64,000 bases of DNA, from the NCBI GenBank assembly GCA_964631955.1, contig CAZWBA010000003.1:2344-66343 (forward strand), given 5' to 3'. The notes under the pieces were generated by a model, which worked only from the letters and a program-made list of their open reading frames with translations, did not search any database and was not told the origin of the DNA. Source of the DNA: an uncultured Verrucomicrobiaceae bacterium. Its GTDB lineage: Bacteria; Pseudomonadota; Gammaproteobacteria; Pseudomonadales; CAMLJR01. The stretch's first letter is position 1. Every line of letters begins with the position of its first letter. A program made the translations under genes and the position numbers. Positions 19,448-31,651 of this stretch are shown one piece after another.

Positions 19448-20674
19448 TCAAGCGATGACTCCGTTCGCCTTCAACGCTTCGATGCGCTCCCATTCAAGCC
19501 CCAGTTCCAGCAGAAATATTTCGGTATGTTCGGAGGCTTGCGGCGCGCGCGTGGTTTTGACCGGCTCTCCGTCGAACTGCACGGGACCGCGCACCAGCTT
19601 GATCGGATCACCGCCATCGATCGCTTCGACTTCGAACAACATATCGTTGGCAAGCGCCTGCTCATCGCTCGCCAGATCGAGAATGGATTGCACGGGCGCC
19701 CATTGCCCCTGCAGCGTGCGCAGATGTTTGCGCCAGTAATCGAACGATTGTTTTGCAAAGGCATCGCGAATCAACGCGCTCGCTTCCTGCCAGTTTTGCA
19801 TCAGCGCTTCGGCGCTCGAAAAACGCGGATCGTCGCACGAATCTGCAAGACCGAGATGTTCGAAGGTATCGCGAATATACGGACCCGGCGTGACCATATT
19901 CAAAACGATGATGCCGCCATCGGCCGATTTGAAATTGCCGAGAAGAGGATTGCCGATCGAGCTGCCCGAACCCGGCATGCGATTGCGCCCCACCATTTTA
20001 TTTTCGATGGCGAGATCGATGGCCGAGCCTGCGGCCCACCAGCCCGTGCTCATCAGCGACACATCGATTTCGGAAGTTTCGCCGGTTCGTTCGCGCTTGA
20101 ACAATGCAGCGGCAATGCCACCGGCGATGGTCATGCCACCAATCGAGTCGCCGAATGCAGGAAGCCCCTGCATCAGCACACCATCGAGTTCGGCCGGCGT
20201 CATCGCGTGCGCGATGCCTGTGCGTGTCCAGAATGCGGTGTTGTCGAAACCGCCGGCATCGCGCTCGGCACCTTTATCGCCGTACGCACTGCCGCGCGCA
20301 TAAATAATGTCGGGATTTATTTTGCGAATATCGTCGATATCGATTTTCAGACGCGCGCGCGCGGGCGGCAGATAATTGGTGAGAAAAATGTCTGCGGTTT
20401 TCGCAATTTCGTAAATTAATTCCAGCCCTTCGGGCGTGGCGATATCGATGCCGACGCTGCGTTTGCCGCGATTGGGATGCTCCATCATGGTATTGCGATG
20501 GGGGTTGATTTTCATGCCGCCCATATTGAGGAAGCCGCGCTGCAAATCGCCGCGCACGGGATGCTCGATCTTGATGACATCGGCGCCCCAGTCGGCAAGC
20601 AGACCACCCGCTGACGGCACAAACGTGAACTGCGCGACTTCCAGCACGCGCACACCTTCCATCGCCTTCGCCAT
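19448..20674 (-). CDS. CaiB/BaiF class III CoA-transferase
   Basis: N-terminus [39 protein letters not shown] matches the family III signature. Confidence 0.85.
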   Translation of the reverse strand: MAKAMEGVRVLEVAQFTFVPSAGGLLADWGADVIKIEHPVRGDLQRGFLNMGGMKINPHRNTMMEHPNRGKRSVGIDIATPEGLELIYEIAKTADIFLTNYLPPARARLKIDIDDIRKINPDIIYARGSAYGDKGAERDAGGFDNTAFWTRTGIAHAMTPAELDGVLMQGLPAFGDSIGGMTIAGGIAAALFKRERTGETSEIDVSLMSTGWWAAGSAIDLAIENKMVGRNRMPGSGSSIGNPLLGNFKSADGGIIVLNMVTPGPYIRDTFEHLGLADSCDDPRFSSAEALMQNWQEASALIRDAFAKQSFDYWRKHLRTLQGQWAPVQSILDLASDEQALANDMLFEVEAIDGGDPIKLVRGPVQFDGEPVKTTRAPQASEHTEIFLLELGLEWERIEALKANGVIA

Positions 20675-20784
20675 AGCCAGACCCTGTATAAATAGCGGGC
20701 ACTATCTTACCCGGAATCGGGGGGCCGGCAAGGCGGCAATGATTACCATTGATTAATGTGCGAACTGCAGTTTCGGCAAAAAAA

Positions 20785-20806
20785 AACGGGAGCCCGAGCT
20801 CCCGTT
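20785..20806 (-). terminator. Rho-independent terminator of amidohydrolase copy B
   Basis: The minus strand reads AACGGGAGCTCGGGCTCCCGTTTTTTTTT, just downstream of the stop at 20833. Confidence 0.7.
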
Positions 20807-20832
20807 GAGGTGCAATGAATATTTTCGGAATA

Positions 20833-22161
20833 TCAGGCGGCATTGGACTCCGCAATGGTATCGGCGTGCTTCTGGAACATCGCCATCAAATCGCCCGAGG
20901 TAATCGGACGCTCGGTGCCCGTTTCCACCGGACGCGCGCCGCCCGTCGAAATCGGCGTGGTGTCGACGCCCTTCGCTTTCGCCTTGGCGCGCAACGCCGC
21001 GACCGTCAGCTCTTCGCGTTTGTAATGCTTGAACGGATCGAATTTGAAAAAGCGCATCGCGTTCGCATGCGTGACTTTATTGATTTGCGTCTCCGTTAGA
21101 TGTTTTACCTGCTCCCACAGGTATTCGGGCACTTCGGGCCACAGCGCATCCGAGTGCGGATAATCGGTTTCGTACGCCGCGATATCTTCGCCGATATCTT
21201 CGAGATGTTTTAAACCAAAAGCATCGTCGATGAAGCAGCAGAGGAAATGTTTGTTGAACAATTCGCTCGGTTTGGTTTTCTGGAAAATCGAATGCGTCCA
21301 CGCCTTATGTCGCCAGTTAGAAAAATCGGCGCGTTCGCGGAAATACGGAATCCAGCCGATGCTGCTTTCCGACAGCGCGATGCGCAGGTTTGGATAATCG
21401 TGCAGCGCCTTCAATTGCAGCCAGTCCGCAGCGCCGACGGCAATCGATAACGGCATCGTGGTGATCCACGCTTCGATCGGCGTTTCGCTGGAGGCATGCG
21501 GCTGCGGATTGCCGCTACCGATATGCAGCGCAATCGTCATGTCGTGTTCGGCAATCGCGCGATAGAACGGGTCCCAGTATTCGTTATGAATACTCGGCAG
21601 GCCCTGTTTGGTCGGGTTTTCACTAACACTCACCGCGGTGCAGCCTTTATCGGCCACACGTTTGATCTCCTCGATCATCGCCTTCATATCCCACGTCGGC
21701 AGAATCGCGAGCGGAATGAAACGTCCGGGATAGGCGCCGCACCATTCGTCGATATGCCAGTCGTTCCACGCGCGCAAATGCGTGAGCGCCAAATCCTTAT
21801 CCGGCGCCTGGTGGAAGGTGCGATTATCGAAGCCGATCGAATTGCCGAAATTCATTTGCGCGGCGATGCCGTTCACATCCATGTCGTCGATGCGCGCGTG
21901 CACGTTGTAACAACCGGCGCGCAATTGCTCGATCGAGTTCGGCTCCATGCCGTACTCTTCGAGCGGGCGGCCGACCACGGCATTCAAACCGATACCCGGC
22001 TGATTTCTGCCCTGATACGACCAATAATTCTTGCCATTCTTGTCAGTCAGTAATTTCGGCGCGGACTTCAGCGCATCGCCTTTCAGATGCTTGTCGAACA
22101 GATCGGGCGGTTCGCAGATGTGATCGTCGGTGCTGATGATCACCATGTCGTTCATGCTCAT
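20833..22161 (-). CDS. Amidohydrolase-2 family protein, copy B
   Basis: ATG at 22161 (MSMNDMVIISTDDH...) is preceded by GAGGGGA. The longer track ORF to 22488 runs across tRNA-Arg and is rejected. Confidence 0.75.
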   Translation of the reverse strand: MSMNDMVIISTDDHICEPPDLFDKHLKGDALKSAPKLLTDKNGKNYWSYQGRNQPGIGLNAVVGRPLEEYGMEPNSIEQLRAGCYNVHARIDDMDVNGIAAQMNFGNSIGFDNRTFHQAPDKDLALTHLRAWNDWHIDEWCGAYPGRFIPLAILPTWDMKAMIEEIKRVADKGCTAVSVSENPTKQGLPSIHNEYWDPFYRAIAEHDMTIALHIGSGNPQPHASSETPIEAWITTMPLSIAVGAADWLQLKALHDYPNLRIALSESSIGWIPYFRERADFSNWRHKAWTHSIFQKTKPSELFNKHFLCCFIDDAFGLKHLEDIGEDIAAYETDYPHSDALWPEVPEYLWEQVKHLTETQINKVTHANAMRFFKFDPFKHYKREELTVAALRAKAKAKGVDTTPISTGGARPVETGTERPITSGDLMAMFQKHADTIAESNAA

Positions 22162-22345
22162 AGTCTTCCCCTCGTTGTAACTGGCAGGGTTTGACGCGGT
22201 TACTGGCGCGCGCAAACCCGTGACGTGAAAACGATCATATCGCCGGGAAAATTCGACGCCTTGATTTAGCGCAGGGAAATGGCTGGGGAGGAAGTGAGCA
22301 TCGGCAGGCCGACAGCTCGCGATGTTCAGCGTTTGGAATGTACGG

Positions 22346-22422
<77 letters not shown>

Positions 22423-22588
22423 GTATTCGCGTTCGTCGACGAACGCAGGCGCGGCATGATACCGGCGGGCTCCGGCGGCGTCCATCATAGCCTTACTTTC
22501 CGATTGGTTTTAGCCCGGCTTACTGGATATAATTCGCGCCAGTTTTTTCCCGCCGCCCGCCTGTTGTAAAAGGCATGAGGATCCCAGA

Positions 22589-23026
22589 GTGAAAAATATG
22601 ATGTCAAAGAAAGCCGTTACCTTGTTCGCTGTATTCGGTCTCGGCGCATTATTGAGTCTATCGGGCCATGCATTGACGGATAAGCAGAAGAAAGAGATCG
22701 AAGGCCGTATCAAGCCGGCGGGCAGCGTTTGTCTGGAAGGCGATAGCAGCTGCGGCGGCGCGGTTGCGGCAACCGGCGGCGCGCCGAAATCTGCCGAAGA
22801 CGTGTACGCGACGACCTGCAAGATGTGCCATGACGCCGGTGTCGCCGGAGCGCCCAAAACGGGCGATAAGGCCGCGTGGAAACCGCGCCTTGCGCAAGGT
22901 CTGGATACCCTGCATCACAACGCCATTGCCGGTATTCGCGCGATGCCACCGAAGGGAACCTGCGCAAGCTGCTCGGACGATGAAGTGATAGCCGCTGTCG
23001 ATTTCATGATTGCCCAGAGCAAATAA
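22589..23026 (+). CDS. Cytochrome c5 family protein
   Basis: Signal peptide, a single CKMCH haem site, and a C-terminal CASC..DDEV segment typical of c5. GTG start, with ATG alternatives 3-4 codons downstream. Confidence 0.8.
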   Translation: MKNMMSKKAVTLFAVFGLGALLSLSGHALTDKQKKEIEGRIKPAGSVCLEGDSSCGGAVAATGGAPKSAEDVYATTCKMCHDAGVAGAPKTGDKAAWKPRLAQGLDTLHHNAIAGIRAMPPKGTCASCSDDEVIAAVDFMIAQSK

Positions 23027-23070
23027 TTTTCGCTTTCGATTACTCTCACCTCAATAATTCATCACCCATA

Positions 23071-23110
23071 AAAAAAGGCCGCCCTCTGCATAGACGGGCG
23101 GCCTTTTTTA
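23071..23110. terminator. Bidirectional rho-independent terminator
   Basis: AAAAAAGGCCGCCC-TCTGCATAGAC-GGGCGGCCTTTTTT lies between the convergent cytochrome c5 and terC genes. Confidence 0.8.
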
Positions 23111-23143
23111 TTGCTGTCGATTTTTATTATCGACGCACCGATT

Positions 23144-23905
23144 TTACGGTGCGTCGGGTTGACGCAGGTCGACCGGCGGCGTGCGTCTTTTGCGGAAGCG
23201 AATATTGAGCACTTCGACACCCAGCGAAAACGCCATTGCGAAATAGATGTAGCCTTTCGGAATGTGCAGATCGAGTCCCTCGCCGATGAGCGCGATGCCG
23301 ACCATGATCAGGAAGCTCAGCGCGAGCATTTTGACCGAGGGGTGCGCTTCGACGAAATCCGAAATCGGTTTTGCCGCCAGCATCATCACACCAACGGCAA
23401 TCACGATTGCAAGTACCATGACCGACAAATGCTTTGCCATGCCGACGGCTGTGATGACGGAGTCGAGCGAGAACACGATATCGATAATGGCGATCTGAAT
23501 CAGCGTGGCGGCGAAAGCTGCTTTCATCGCGCCGGTTGTGGCATGCCCTTCATCACCTTCGAGACTGTTGAAAATTTCCGTCGAGCTTTTCCACAGCAGA
23601 AACAAACCGCCACTCAGCAGAATGAGATCGCGACCGGAAATATCGTAGCCCGCGAACGCGAACAGCGGCTCGGTCAAACCCATCACCCACGCCAGCGACA
23701 GCAGCAACAGAATACGCGTGAACATCGCCAGACCGAGCCCCATCACGCGCGCGGATGGCTGCTGGTGTTTCGGCAGGCGACTGACGAGGATGGAAATGAA
23801 AATGATATTGTCGATACCGAGAACAATTTCCAGAGCAGTCAGCGTCACCAGGGCAATCCACGCCTGCGGGTCATGTATCCAGTCAAAGAATGTCGTTAAC
23901 TCCAT
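23144..23905 (-). CDS. TerC family integral membrane protein
   Basis: N-terminal TLTALEIVLGIDNIIFISIL and a second FSLDSVITAVG repeat, characteristic of TerC. Confidence 0.85.
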   Translation of the reverse strand: MELTTFFDWIHDPQAWIALVTLTALEIVLGIDNIIFISILVSRLPKHQQPSARVMGLGLAMFTRILLLLSLAWVMGLTEPLFAFAGYDISGRDLILLSGGLFLLWKSSTEIFNSLEGDEGHATTGAMKAAFAATLIQIAIIDIVFSLDSVITAVGMAKHLSVMVLAIVIAVGVMMLAAKPISDFVEAHPSVKMLALSFLIMVGIALIGEGLDLHIPKGYIYFAMAFSLGVEVLNIRFRKRRTPPVDLRQPDAP

Positions 23906-23936
23906 TGCTCGATTCCTCTGTGATAAAGGTTAATGG

Positions 23937-25754
23937 TTAAACCTTATTGACCCCGGCGCGCTTGCGATCGATTTCCGTCAGATATTTCTTGCGCAAACGA
24001 ATGCTCTGCGGTGTGACTTCCACCAGTTCGTCGTCGTCGATAAATTCGAGCGCCTGTTCGAGCGAGTGACGAATCGGCGGTGTCAGCACGATATTTTCAT
24101 CCGAACCCGACGCGCGCATGTTCGTCAGTTTTTTACCCTTGGTCGGATTGACGACGAGATCGTTGCCGCGCGCATGCAGGCCGATAATCTGACCTTCGTA
24201 CACTTCGACGTTCGGCTCGATGAACATGCGGCCGCGCTCCTGCAGTGCAAACAGCGAGAAACCGAGCGCCTTGCCCTCGACCATCGAGATCATCACACCG
24301 TTCTGGCGCTGCGCCACTTCGCCCACTTTCACCGGCCCGTAGTGATCGAACACGCTGGTCATGATGCCGCCGCCCTGCGTCATCGTCAGGAATTGCGAAC
24401 GGAAACCGATGATGCCGCGCGACGGCACGATGAACTCCAGACGCACGCGACCCTTGCCGTCCGGAATCATATTTTTCAGATCGGCCTTGCGGCGACCGAG
24501 TTCTTCCATCACCGCACCCTGATGCTGTTCTTCACAATCGATGACGACTTGCTCGAAGGGTTCCTGTACTTCACCGTCGATAACTTTCTGCACGACTTCC
24601 GCGCGCGATACGCCCATTTCGAATCCTTCTCGGCGCATGCTCTCGATCAGTACCGACAGATGCAGTTCGCCGCGGCCGTAAACGCGGAATTTATCAGGAC
24701 TGTCGCCCTGTTCTACGCGCAACGCCACATTCGCGATCAGTTCGCGATCGAGACGATCTTTAATATTGCGCGAGGTGACGTATTTGCCTTCCTTGCCTGC
24801 GAACGGCGAATCGTTGACCTGGAAGGTCATGCTCACGGTGGGCTCATCGACCGTCAGCGGCGGCAGGGCTTCGGGCTTTTGCGGATCGCAGATCGTGTCG
24901 GAAATTTTGAGGCCGTCGATACCGGTGATGCAGATGATGTCGCCCGCTTCGGCGAGCTCGACATCGTTGCGTTCGAGGCCCAGATAACCCATGACCTGCA
25001 ACACGCGACCATTGCGTGTCTTGCCGTCGGCGCCGACTACCGCGACCGCCGTATTCGGCTTGATCGAACCGCGGGTGACGCGACCGACGCCGATAACGCC
25101 GACGTAACTCGAATAATCGAGCGCGGAAATCTGCATCTGGAACGGGCCGTCGAGATCGACCTTCGGCGCCGGCACCTTATCGACGATCGCCTGATACAGC
25201 GGCGTGAGGTCGTCGGAGAGATTCGCATAATCCTCGCCGGCCTTGCCGAGTAAGGCGGAGGCGAAAATAATCGGGAAATCGAGCTGCTCGTCGGTCGCAC
25301 CGAGGCGATCGAACAAATCGAACACCTGATCGACCACCCAGTCCGGACGCGAACCGTCGCGGTCGACTTTGTTCACCACGACGATGGGATTCAAACCATT
25401 TTCGAACGCTTTTTGCGTCACGAAACGTGTCTGCGGCATCGGGCCGTCGACCGCATCCACCAGCAGCAATACCGAATCGACCATCGACAGCACGCGCTCG
25501 ACTTCGCCGCCGAAATCGGCGTGACCCGGCGTATCGACGATATTGATGCGGTAGCCGTTCCAGTTGATCGCGGTGTTTTTCGCGAGAATGGTGATGCCGC
25601 GCTCCTTCTCCTGATCGTTCGAATCCATGATCCGTTCGGTGTCCATGTTGCGGCGATCGAGCGTGCCCGATTGCTTGAGCAGCTTGTCGACCAGTGTGGT
25701 TTTACCATGGTCAACGTGGGCGATAATGGCGATATTGCGGAGTTTCTCGATCAC
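23937..25754 (-). CDS. typA: Translational GTPase TypA/BipA
   Basis: GTG at 25754 gives (M)[22 protein letters not shown], collinear with the E. coli BipA N-terminus. GAGG lies upstream. The track ORF extends to 25829. Confidence 0.95.
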   Translation of the reverse strand: MIEKLRNIAIIAHVDHGKTTLVDKLLKQSGTLDRRNMDTERIMDSNDQEKERGITILAKNTAINWNGYRINIVDTPGHADFGGEVERVLSMVDSVLLLVDAVDGPMPQTRFVTQKAFENGLNPIVVVNKVDRDGSRPDWVVDQVFDLFDRLGATDEQLDFPIIFASALLGKAGEDYANLSDDLTPLYQAIVDKVPAPKVDLDGPFQMQISALDYSSYVGVIGVGRVTRGSIKPNTAVAVVGADGKTRNGRVLQVMGYLGLERNDVELAEAGDIICITGIDGLKISDTICDPQKPEALPPLTVDEPTVSMTFQVNDSPFAGKEGKYVTSRNIKDRLDRELIANVALRVEQGDSPDKFRVYGRGELHLSVLIESMRREGFEMGVSRAEVVQKVIDGEVQEPFEQVVIDCEEQHQGAVMEELGRRKADLKNMIPDGKGRVRLEFIVPSRGIIGFRSQFLTMTQGGGIMTSVFDHYGPVKVGEVAQRQNGVMISMVEGKALGFSLFALQERGRMFIEPNVEVYEGQIIGLHARGNDLVVNPTKGKKLTNMRASGSDENIVLTPPIRHSLEQALEFIDDDELVEVTPQSIRLRKKYLTEIDRKRAGVNKV

Positions 25755-25952
25755 AACAAAAACCTCAAATGCGGAAGGATGCGACCGCGCGCTGACATCC
25801 GGGGCGGCCGGCGAAAAAAAGCCGCGCATTATACCCTAGACCGCGTTGCGCGCATGCTAGGTATTTACCGGCCGTCCGGTCGTGCGATCCGGCACCGATT
25901 CATGAATAAATGACCCCCTCCCCCTTCGGGTACTCCCCCTATTTCATAGGGG

Positions 25953-25979
25953 GAGCGGACACACAGGTCCGCCCTACGG
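25953..25979 (-). repeat. REP-like palindromic element (copy B)
   Basis: The minus strand reads CCGTAGGGCGGACCTGTGTGTCCGCTC. A second small hairpin, TCCCCCTATTTCATAGGGGGA, is adjacent at 25935-25955. Confidence 0.6.
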
Positions 25980-26095
25980 ATTGATCGCCGCAACCCACGG
26001 GCATAATTTCTGCTTTTAAAATCAAGGCACTTACTCGAAACTAGTGCTCGCAAAAACCAGCGCGCACATAAAAATTCCGGACGGAGAATAAATGC

Positions 26096-27562
26096 ATGGG
26101 TAATCACTGGTCCCGCAAATCGGTCGAAGCGTTGCATGCAGGCATCGCCGATTGCGAACACGGTCTCAGACGTTCGCTGTCGGCATGGAATCTCGTCACG
26201 CTCGGGATCGGCTGCATTATCGGCGCAGGGATTTTCGTATTGAGCGGTCACGCCGCCGCCGAAGCCGCCGGACCCGCCGTGGTACTTTCCTTTATTGCCG
26301 GCGCGTTCGTCTGCGTATTCGCGGGCTTGTGTTACGCCGAAATGGCCTCAACGGTGCCCGTCGCCGGTTCCGCCTATACGTATGCCTACGCCACCATGGG
26401 CCAGCTGATGGCGTGGATCATCGGCTGGGATCTCATTCTCGAATACGGCGTCGCCGCCGTCTCCGTCGCCATCGGCTGGTCGGGTTATGTCGTCAGTTTT
26501 CTGAAAAATATCGGCATCGTCATTCCCTCGCAATGGGCACAGGGGCCGCTCACTTATAACGCCGTTACGGGTGACTGGGCGACGACGGGGGCACTGCTGA
26601 ATATTCCGGCGATGCTCGTCGTGCTCGCGGTGAGCGCACTGCTCGCCATCGGCACCCGCGAATCCGCGCGCGTCAACGATGTCATCGTGATCGTGAAACT
26701 CGCCGTCGTCATCGCCTTTATCGCGCTCGGTATCGGCGCCGTCGATCAGGCCAACTGGATCACCGCGGCCAATCCCGAAGGTAATTTCATCCCCCCTGTC
26801 GACGAACACGGCAAGTTCGGCTGGGGCGGCGTGCTGACCGGCGCGGGCATCGTATTTTTCGCCTACATCGGCTTCGATGCCGTTTCGTGCGCCGCGCAGG
26901 AAGCGAAAAATCCGCAGCGCGACATGCCGCTCGGCATTATCGGTTCGCTACTGCTCTGCTCGGGCCTGTACGCCGGCGTAGCGTATGTGCTGACGGGCAT
27001 CGTGCCCTACGACCAGCTCAGCGTTCCCGACCCCATCGCGGTCGGCATTGATGCGCTGGGCCTCAAATGGTTTTCGCCCATCGTCAAATTCGGTGCCATC
27101 TGCGGGCTGACCACTGTCGTTATGGTTTTACTGCTGGGACAGGCGCGAATTTTTTATTCGATGTCACGCGATGGTTTACTGCCGAAAATATTTTCCGATG
27201 TGCACCCGCGCTTTCGCACGCCATTCGCGACAACGTTGTTGACCGGCGTTGTCGTTTCGATTCTCGCCGGATTGTTTCCGATCGGCCTCGTCGGCGAACT
27301 CGTTTCGATCGGCACGCTGTTCGCATTCGTGATTGTCTGTATCGGCGTGCTCGTGCTGCGTAAAACGCGGCCGGATCTGCACCGGCCATTCCGCGCACCC
27401 GCGATCAAAATCGTGGCGCCGCTCGGGGCATTGTCCGCATTCGGATTGATGCTCGGCCTTCCGGGCGATACCTGGATGCGCCTGGTGGTGTGGATGGTGC
27501 TCGGCATGGTCATCTATTTCATATACGGCGCCCGCCGGCTCGATAAAGTGCGGCAACAATGA
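26096..27562 (+). CDS. APC-superfamily amino acid permease (cationic amino acid transporter-like)
   Basis: 488 aa and about 12-14 TM segments. N-terminal [24 protein letters not shown] signature. Confidence 0.85.
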   Translation: MGNHWSRKSVEALHAGIADCEHGLRRSLSAWNLVTLGIGCIIGAGIFVLSGHAAAEAAGPAVVLSFIAGAFVCVFAGLCYAEMASTVPVAGSAYTYAYATMGQLMAWIIGWDLILEYGVAAVSVAIGWSGYVVSFLKNIGIVIPSQWAQGPLTYNAVTGDWATTGALLNIPAMLVVLAVSALLAIGTRESARVNDVIVIVKLAVVIAFIALGIGAVDQANWITAANPEGNFIPPVDEHGKFGWGGVLTGAGIVFFAYIGFDAVSCAAQEAKNPQRDMPLGIIGSLLLCSGLYAGVAYVLTGIVPYDQLSVPDPIAVGIDALGLKWFSPIVKFGAICGLTTVVMVLLLGQARIFYSMSRDGLLPKIFSDVHPRFRTPFATTLLTGVVVSILAGLFPIGLVGELVSIGTLFAFVIVCIGVLVLRKTRPDLHRPFRAPAIKIVAPLGALSAFGLMLGLPGDTWMRLVVWMVLGMVIYFIYGARRLDKVRQQ

Positions 27563-28008
27563 ATCCATTGCGAATCATCATTGTCGTCGCGCTGTTTGCG
27601 GTCGGCTTGCTGTACTGGTATTCGAAACAGCAGGAAGCGCACTACGACGCAGCGGCTCAGCGCTACATGCAACAGGCGCTAACCGATATCGCTTCGTGGC
27701 AACGCGACAAAATCAAACAACACCTGACCGCAGCGGCGCTCGCCAATATCGACGATAAACAAATCGATGCACTGATCGGGCGCTATCGCGAACTCGGCGC
27801 ATTCAAGCGCGTCGACGATGTGCAATTCGCGCGACTCACTGCTGCACTGTCTTTTTTCAGCCGCAATATTTTATTGAGCTATCATGGCACCGCGCGTTTC
27901 GAGCACGGCAGCGCCTCGCTGGCCATCACGCTCATCGCTGGCGAAGGCCGTTTCCAAATTTACAACTTCAGTTTCGGTTCACCGCAGATTACACCGACAG
28001 CAAATTAA
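27559..28008 (+). CDS. Hypothetical membrane-anchored protein
   Basis: 149 aa with an N-terminal TM helix. The start overlaps the permease stop (ATGA). No family recognised. Confidence 0.5.
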   Translation: MNPLRIIIVVALFAVGLLYWYSKQQEAHYDAAAQRYMQQALTDIASWQRDKIKQHLTAAALANIDDKQIDALIGRYRELGAFKRVDDVQFARLTAALSFFSRNILLSYHGTARFEHGSASLAITLIAGEGRFQIYNFSFGSPQITPTAN

Positions 28009-28092
28009 TTCTGCGCAATGAGGTTGCGCGATATTTCTGCTCCCCGCAGAATGCGGTCGATTCAACTCTGAACTCAGCACAAGGAGAAAGAT

Positions 28093-28494
28093 ATGAGCCT
28101 GATAAATGAATTTAAAGAATTCGCGGTAAAAGGAAACGTCATCGACATGGCGGTCGGCGTGATCGTCGGCGCCGCTTTTGGAAAAATCGTTTCATCGCTG
28201 GTGGGCGACGTCATCATGCCACCTATCGGTGTATTGCTCGGCGGCGTGGATTTCAGCAGCCTCGCGGCCACCATTTATGAAGGCGTCGATGGCAAACCCG
28301 TCGTTATTTCCTACGGCAAATTCATTCAGACCATCGTCGATTTCACCATCGTCGCCTTCGTGATTTTCATGGCGATCAAAGGCATCAACAAACTCAAACG
28401 TCCCGCGCCCGCAACACCCGATGCACCGCCGACCTACACCAAGGATCAGGAACTGCTCATCGAAATCCGCGATCTCCTGAAAAGCCGCAATTGA
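28093..28494 (+). CDS. mscL: Large-conductance mechanosensitive channel
   Basis: [33 protein letters not shown]... is collinear with MscL. Confidence 0.95.
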   Translation: MSLINEFKEFAVKGNVIDMAVGVIVGAAFGKIVSSLVGDVIMPPIGVLLGGVDFSSLAATIYEGVDGKPVVISYGKFIQTIVDFTIVAFVIFMAIKGINKLKRPAPATPDAPPTYTKDQELLIEIRDLLKSRN

Positions 28495-30305
28495 GTGAAA
28501 GCAGCGATAGAAGCCGCGCGCGATCCGCAGGGCTGGCGCGGCTTTATCGCGATCTCTGGCATTTCGCCGGTGCCAGTCGCAAATGGATTTTCGCAGCCTT
28601 CGCGCTGCTGCTCACCTCGCAACTTCTCAAACTGTCCATTCCGTATTTAACCGGGCGCGCAATCAATGCATTGCAGCAACACGGTCTCGATGGCGTGCGC
28701 GAAGCCGGCTGGATCGTGCTCATCATTTTTTCAGTCACCGTCCTCAGCTGGCTTTTGCACGGGCCTGGCCGTGTGCTCGAACGCAATGTCGCGCTCGAAG
28801 CGCGCCAGCGCCAATCCGCCGCACTGATCGAACATGCCCTGACGCTGCCGCTGGCGTGGCACACCTCGCATCACTCCGGTGAAACATCACATCGCATTCG
28901 ACAGAGTAGCGGTGCGTTATACGATTTCGCGCAGAGCCAGTTTATTTATCTGCAAAATGCGGTGAAACTGATCGGCCCCATCATTGCGCTGTGGCTGATC
29001 ATGCCGCAGGTCGGCATTATCGCCGTGATCGGCTATTCGCTCATCGCCCTCATCATCGCGCGTTTCGATAAACGAATGGTGAAACTTGCGCACGCGGAAA
29101 ATGCGAGTGAACGTCGTTATGCAGCGGCGGTGCTCGATAGTTTCGGCAATGTGTTCAGCGTGTATGCGTTGCGCATGATTCGCGGCATTCGCGAATTGAT
29201 CGAGCGACGGTTGCTCGCCATTTACGAACCGCTGCGAAAATCGATCGTGCTCAACGAATGGAAATGGTGCAGCGTCGATATATCGAGCGTGGCTCTCAGC
29301 TCGGCACTCGTGGCTCTGTATGTGTATCTGATTGCAAAAGGCGCACATGTGCCGGTGCAGATCAGCGCCGATGCAAAACCCGAATTACCGCTGGGTAATT
29401 TATTCATGGTGTATCAGTACGCGGCGGAAGCGGGCGGTGTAATCACCGCGATCGCCGCACATTTCGCCACATTCGCGCGACAGCAGGCCGATTATGCAAG
29501 CGGCGACGACATATGGAATGAAGCGCCGTCGCATCTGGCGACGCAGGTTGCATCGAGTCAGACCCACTGGCAAACACTACGAATCAATCAACTGACATTT
29601 CGTCACAGCATCGACGCGAAACCGACGCTGCAAAATATCGATATCACTTTGCAGCGCGGCAAACGTTATGCGCTGATCGGCGGCAGCGGCTCGGGAAAAA
29701 GTACACTGCTGCGCATTCTTTCCGGATTATATTCAGCGCAGACGATTGAATTATCGCTTGACGATAAAACCATTGCCTCGCCGCTCGATGCGGCGCTGCA
29801 TCTGCGTACAACCGCGACATTGATTCCGCAGGAATCGGAAATATTCGAAGGCACGCTGCTCGAAAATTTGCAGCTGCCCGACACTGCACATGCACTCCCG
29901 CCGGAAACTCTATGGAAATTGCTTGCAACAGCACGCGCCGACAGCTTCGTCGACAGCCTCGATGTTCACGTGGCCGAGCACGGCGCCAACTGGTCGGGCG
30001 GGCAGCGCCAGCGTGTTGCACTGGCACGCGGTGTGATTGCAGCACAGCATTGCTCCCTGCTACTGCTCGACGAACCCACCGCGAGCCTCGACCCGGAAAC
30101 CGAACGCGCCGTTTACGCCAATCTCTTCACTGCGTTTGCCGATAGCTGCGTCGTCTCGTCGATTCATCGCCTGAATCTGCTCGATCGCTTCGACGAAGTG
30201 CTGCTGTTAGATCAGGGCATTCTGCGCGCGGCGGGCTCGGTCGATTATCTGCGCGAACACTCACCGGAATTTCGCGCGCTGCTCGCCGCGCAGCAACGCG
30301 AATGA
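28491..30305 (+). CDS. Fused ABC transporter permease/ATP-binding protein (exporter type)
   Basis: N-terminal six-TM domain, Walker [10 protein letters not shown], signature [13 protein letters not shown], Walker B LLLLDEP. Confidence 0.85.
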   Translation: MSESSDRSRARSAGLARLYRDLWHFAGASRKWIFAAFALLLTSQLLKLSIPYLTGRAINALQQHGLDGVREAGWIVLIIFSVTVLSWLLHGPGRVLERNVALEARQRQSAALIEHALTLPLAWHTSHHSGETSHRIRQSSGALYDFAQSQFIYLQNAVKLIGPIIALWLIMPQVGIIAVIGYSLIALIIARFDKRMVKLAHAENASERRYAAAVLDSFGNVFSVYALRMIRGIRELIERRLLAIYEPLRKSIVLNEWKWCSVDISSVALSSALVALYVYLIAKGAHVPVQISADAKPELPLGNLFMVYQYAAEAGGVITAIAAHFATFARQQADYASGDDIWNEAPSHLATQVASSQTHWQTLRINQLTFRHSIDAKPTLQNIDITLQRGKRYALIGGSGSGKSTLLRILSGLYSAQTIELSLDDKTIASPLDAALHLRTTATLIPQESEIFEGTLLENLQLPDTAHALPPETLWKLLATARADSFVDSLDVHVAEHGANWSGGQRQRVALARGVIAAQHCSLLLLDEPTASLDPETERAVYANLFTAFADSCVVSSIHRLNLLDRFDEVLLLDQGILRAAGSVDYLREHSPEFRALLAAQQRE

Positions 30306-30326
30306 AGAGCGTGCTCTGAAAATATT

Positions 30327-31538
30327 TCAGCGATGCAGGGCCAGACGCCCCATCCATAGCGTTCCGATTCCGCACGCAGTGATAACCAGCGCGAGCGGTA
30401 ATTCGCTGGGTATTTGCCACACGCTGATGGCGGCACTGCTCAGCGTCGCCAATCCGAACTGCAAGGTTCCCATCAACGCCGTCGCGGCACCCGCGCGCTT
30501 TCCCTGATGCTGCAATGCCAGTGCGGTGGCATTGGGCGTAATGACTCCCAGACTGCCGACCGCGAAAAACAATGCCGGCAATAAAATCCATAAACCTGCG
30601 ATATCGCAGAGCCGCAAGACCAGCAGGATCGCACCCGCGATCAAAGGAATTGAAGCGGTACAACGTAGAATCTGTGACGGCGAATAGTGCGGCAACAAGC
30701 GTGCATTGATTTGCGAACATGCAATCAGTCCGAATGCATTCGCACCGAATATCCAGCCGTACAAATGCGCGGGAATTTCATAAATCTGCATGAGCACAAA
30801 AGGCGAACCGGCGATGTACGCGAACATGCCTGCAGTGGCGAAACCGACACAGAGCGAACAGGTCAGAAACTGCCGATCGAAAAACAGTTCGCGATAATTA
30901 CGCCAGATGGAAGCCATATTGATGGGCGCGGCGGCAGCGCGATCAACGGTTTCTTCCAGGCCGAAATAAATGGCGATAAGACAAATGACGCCGAACAGCG
31001 CCAGCACGCCGAAAATACCGCGCCAGCTGAACCAGATCAGCACCCATGAACCCAGTTGCGGCGCCAGAATAGGCGCGGCACCCACCACCAGCATGATGAG
31101 CGACAACGCACGCGCAGTGCTCACCGCATCGCAGCGATCACGAATGGCCGCACGCGGAATAATCATGCCCGCACAACCGCCCAGCGCCTGCAGCAGGCGG
31201 CCCCATTGCAGGGCCTGAATATTGGGTGCCAATAAGCAGACGAATGATGCAGCCGTATAAATCGTCATACCGATAAATAATGGCCATTTACGGCCGTAGC
31301 GATCGCTCAACGGCCCGTAGACCAGTTGCCCCAGCGCGAAGCCGATGAAAAACATCGAGAGCGTGCGCTGCACGGCACCGGCGTCGGTTTGCAATGCCGT
31401 GACGATCGCGGGAAAGCTCGGCAGATACATATCGATCGACAACGAGCCGACCGCGGTCAATACGCCGAGCAGAATGAGCCAGCCGGGAAGGCCATGAAAT
31501 GATTGTCGGGAAATATCTGAGGATGAAATCTTCGGCAT
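30327..31538 (-). CDS. MFS transporter, Bcr/CflA drug-resistance subfamily
   Basis: LSIDMYLPSFPAI and GPLSDRYGRK motifs; 12 TM segments. Confidence 0.8.
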   Translation of the reverse strand: MPKISSSDISRQSFHGLPGWLILLGVLTAVGSLSIDMYLPSFPAIVTALQTDAGAVQRTLSMFFIGFALGQLVYGPLSDRYGRKWPLFIGMTIYTAASFVCLLAPNIQALQWGRLLQALGGCAGMIIPRAAIRDRCDAVSTARALSLIMLVVGAAPILAPQLGSWVLIWFSWRGIFGVLALFGVICLIAIYFGLEETVDRAAAAPINMASIWRNYRELFFDRQFLTCSLCVGFATAGMFAYIAGSPFVLMQIYEIPAHLYGWIFGANAFGLIACSQINARLLPHYSPSQILRCTASIPLIAGAILLVLRLCDIAGLWILLPALFFAVGSLGVITPNATALALQHQGKRAGAATALMGTLQFGLATLSSAAISVWQIPSELPLALVITACGIGTLWMGRLALHR

Positions 31539-31651
31539 GACAACGGCCTTTGATAAGGCCCACCATTGTCACGCTTATTGAAATACCCGCAACGACTATT
31601 TTAAAAAATGGTTAATTTTTCAAAGCAAAAATTAACACATGATGGCGACGA

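Noticed and set aside
4750-22345. Whole accessory catabolic block as a genomic island integrated at the 3' end of tRNA-Arg
   Set aside because: I could find no integrase, no direct repeat of the tRNA-Arg 3' end and no obvious compositional break. Treated as lineage-typical metabolic clusters rather than a mobile island.
23906-23936. Looked for a yybP-ykoY (Mn) riboswitch upstream of the TerC-family gene
   Set aside because: Only 31 bp separate the terC start from the typA stop, which is too short for the riboswitch. The two genes are probably co-transcribed.
24066-25253. 395-aa plus-strand ORF opposite typA
   Set aside because: Shadow ORF of the typA coding strand with low-complexity R/H/D/A composition.
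25865-26251. 128-aa minus-strand ORF between typA and the amino acid permease
   Set aside because: It overlaps the permease start and the REP/hairpin region, and has no RBS or motif.
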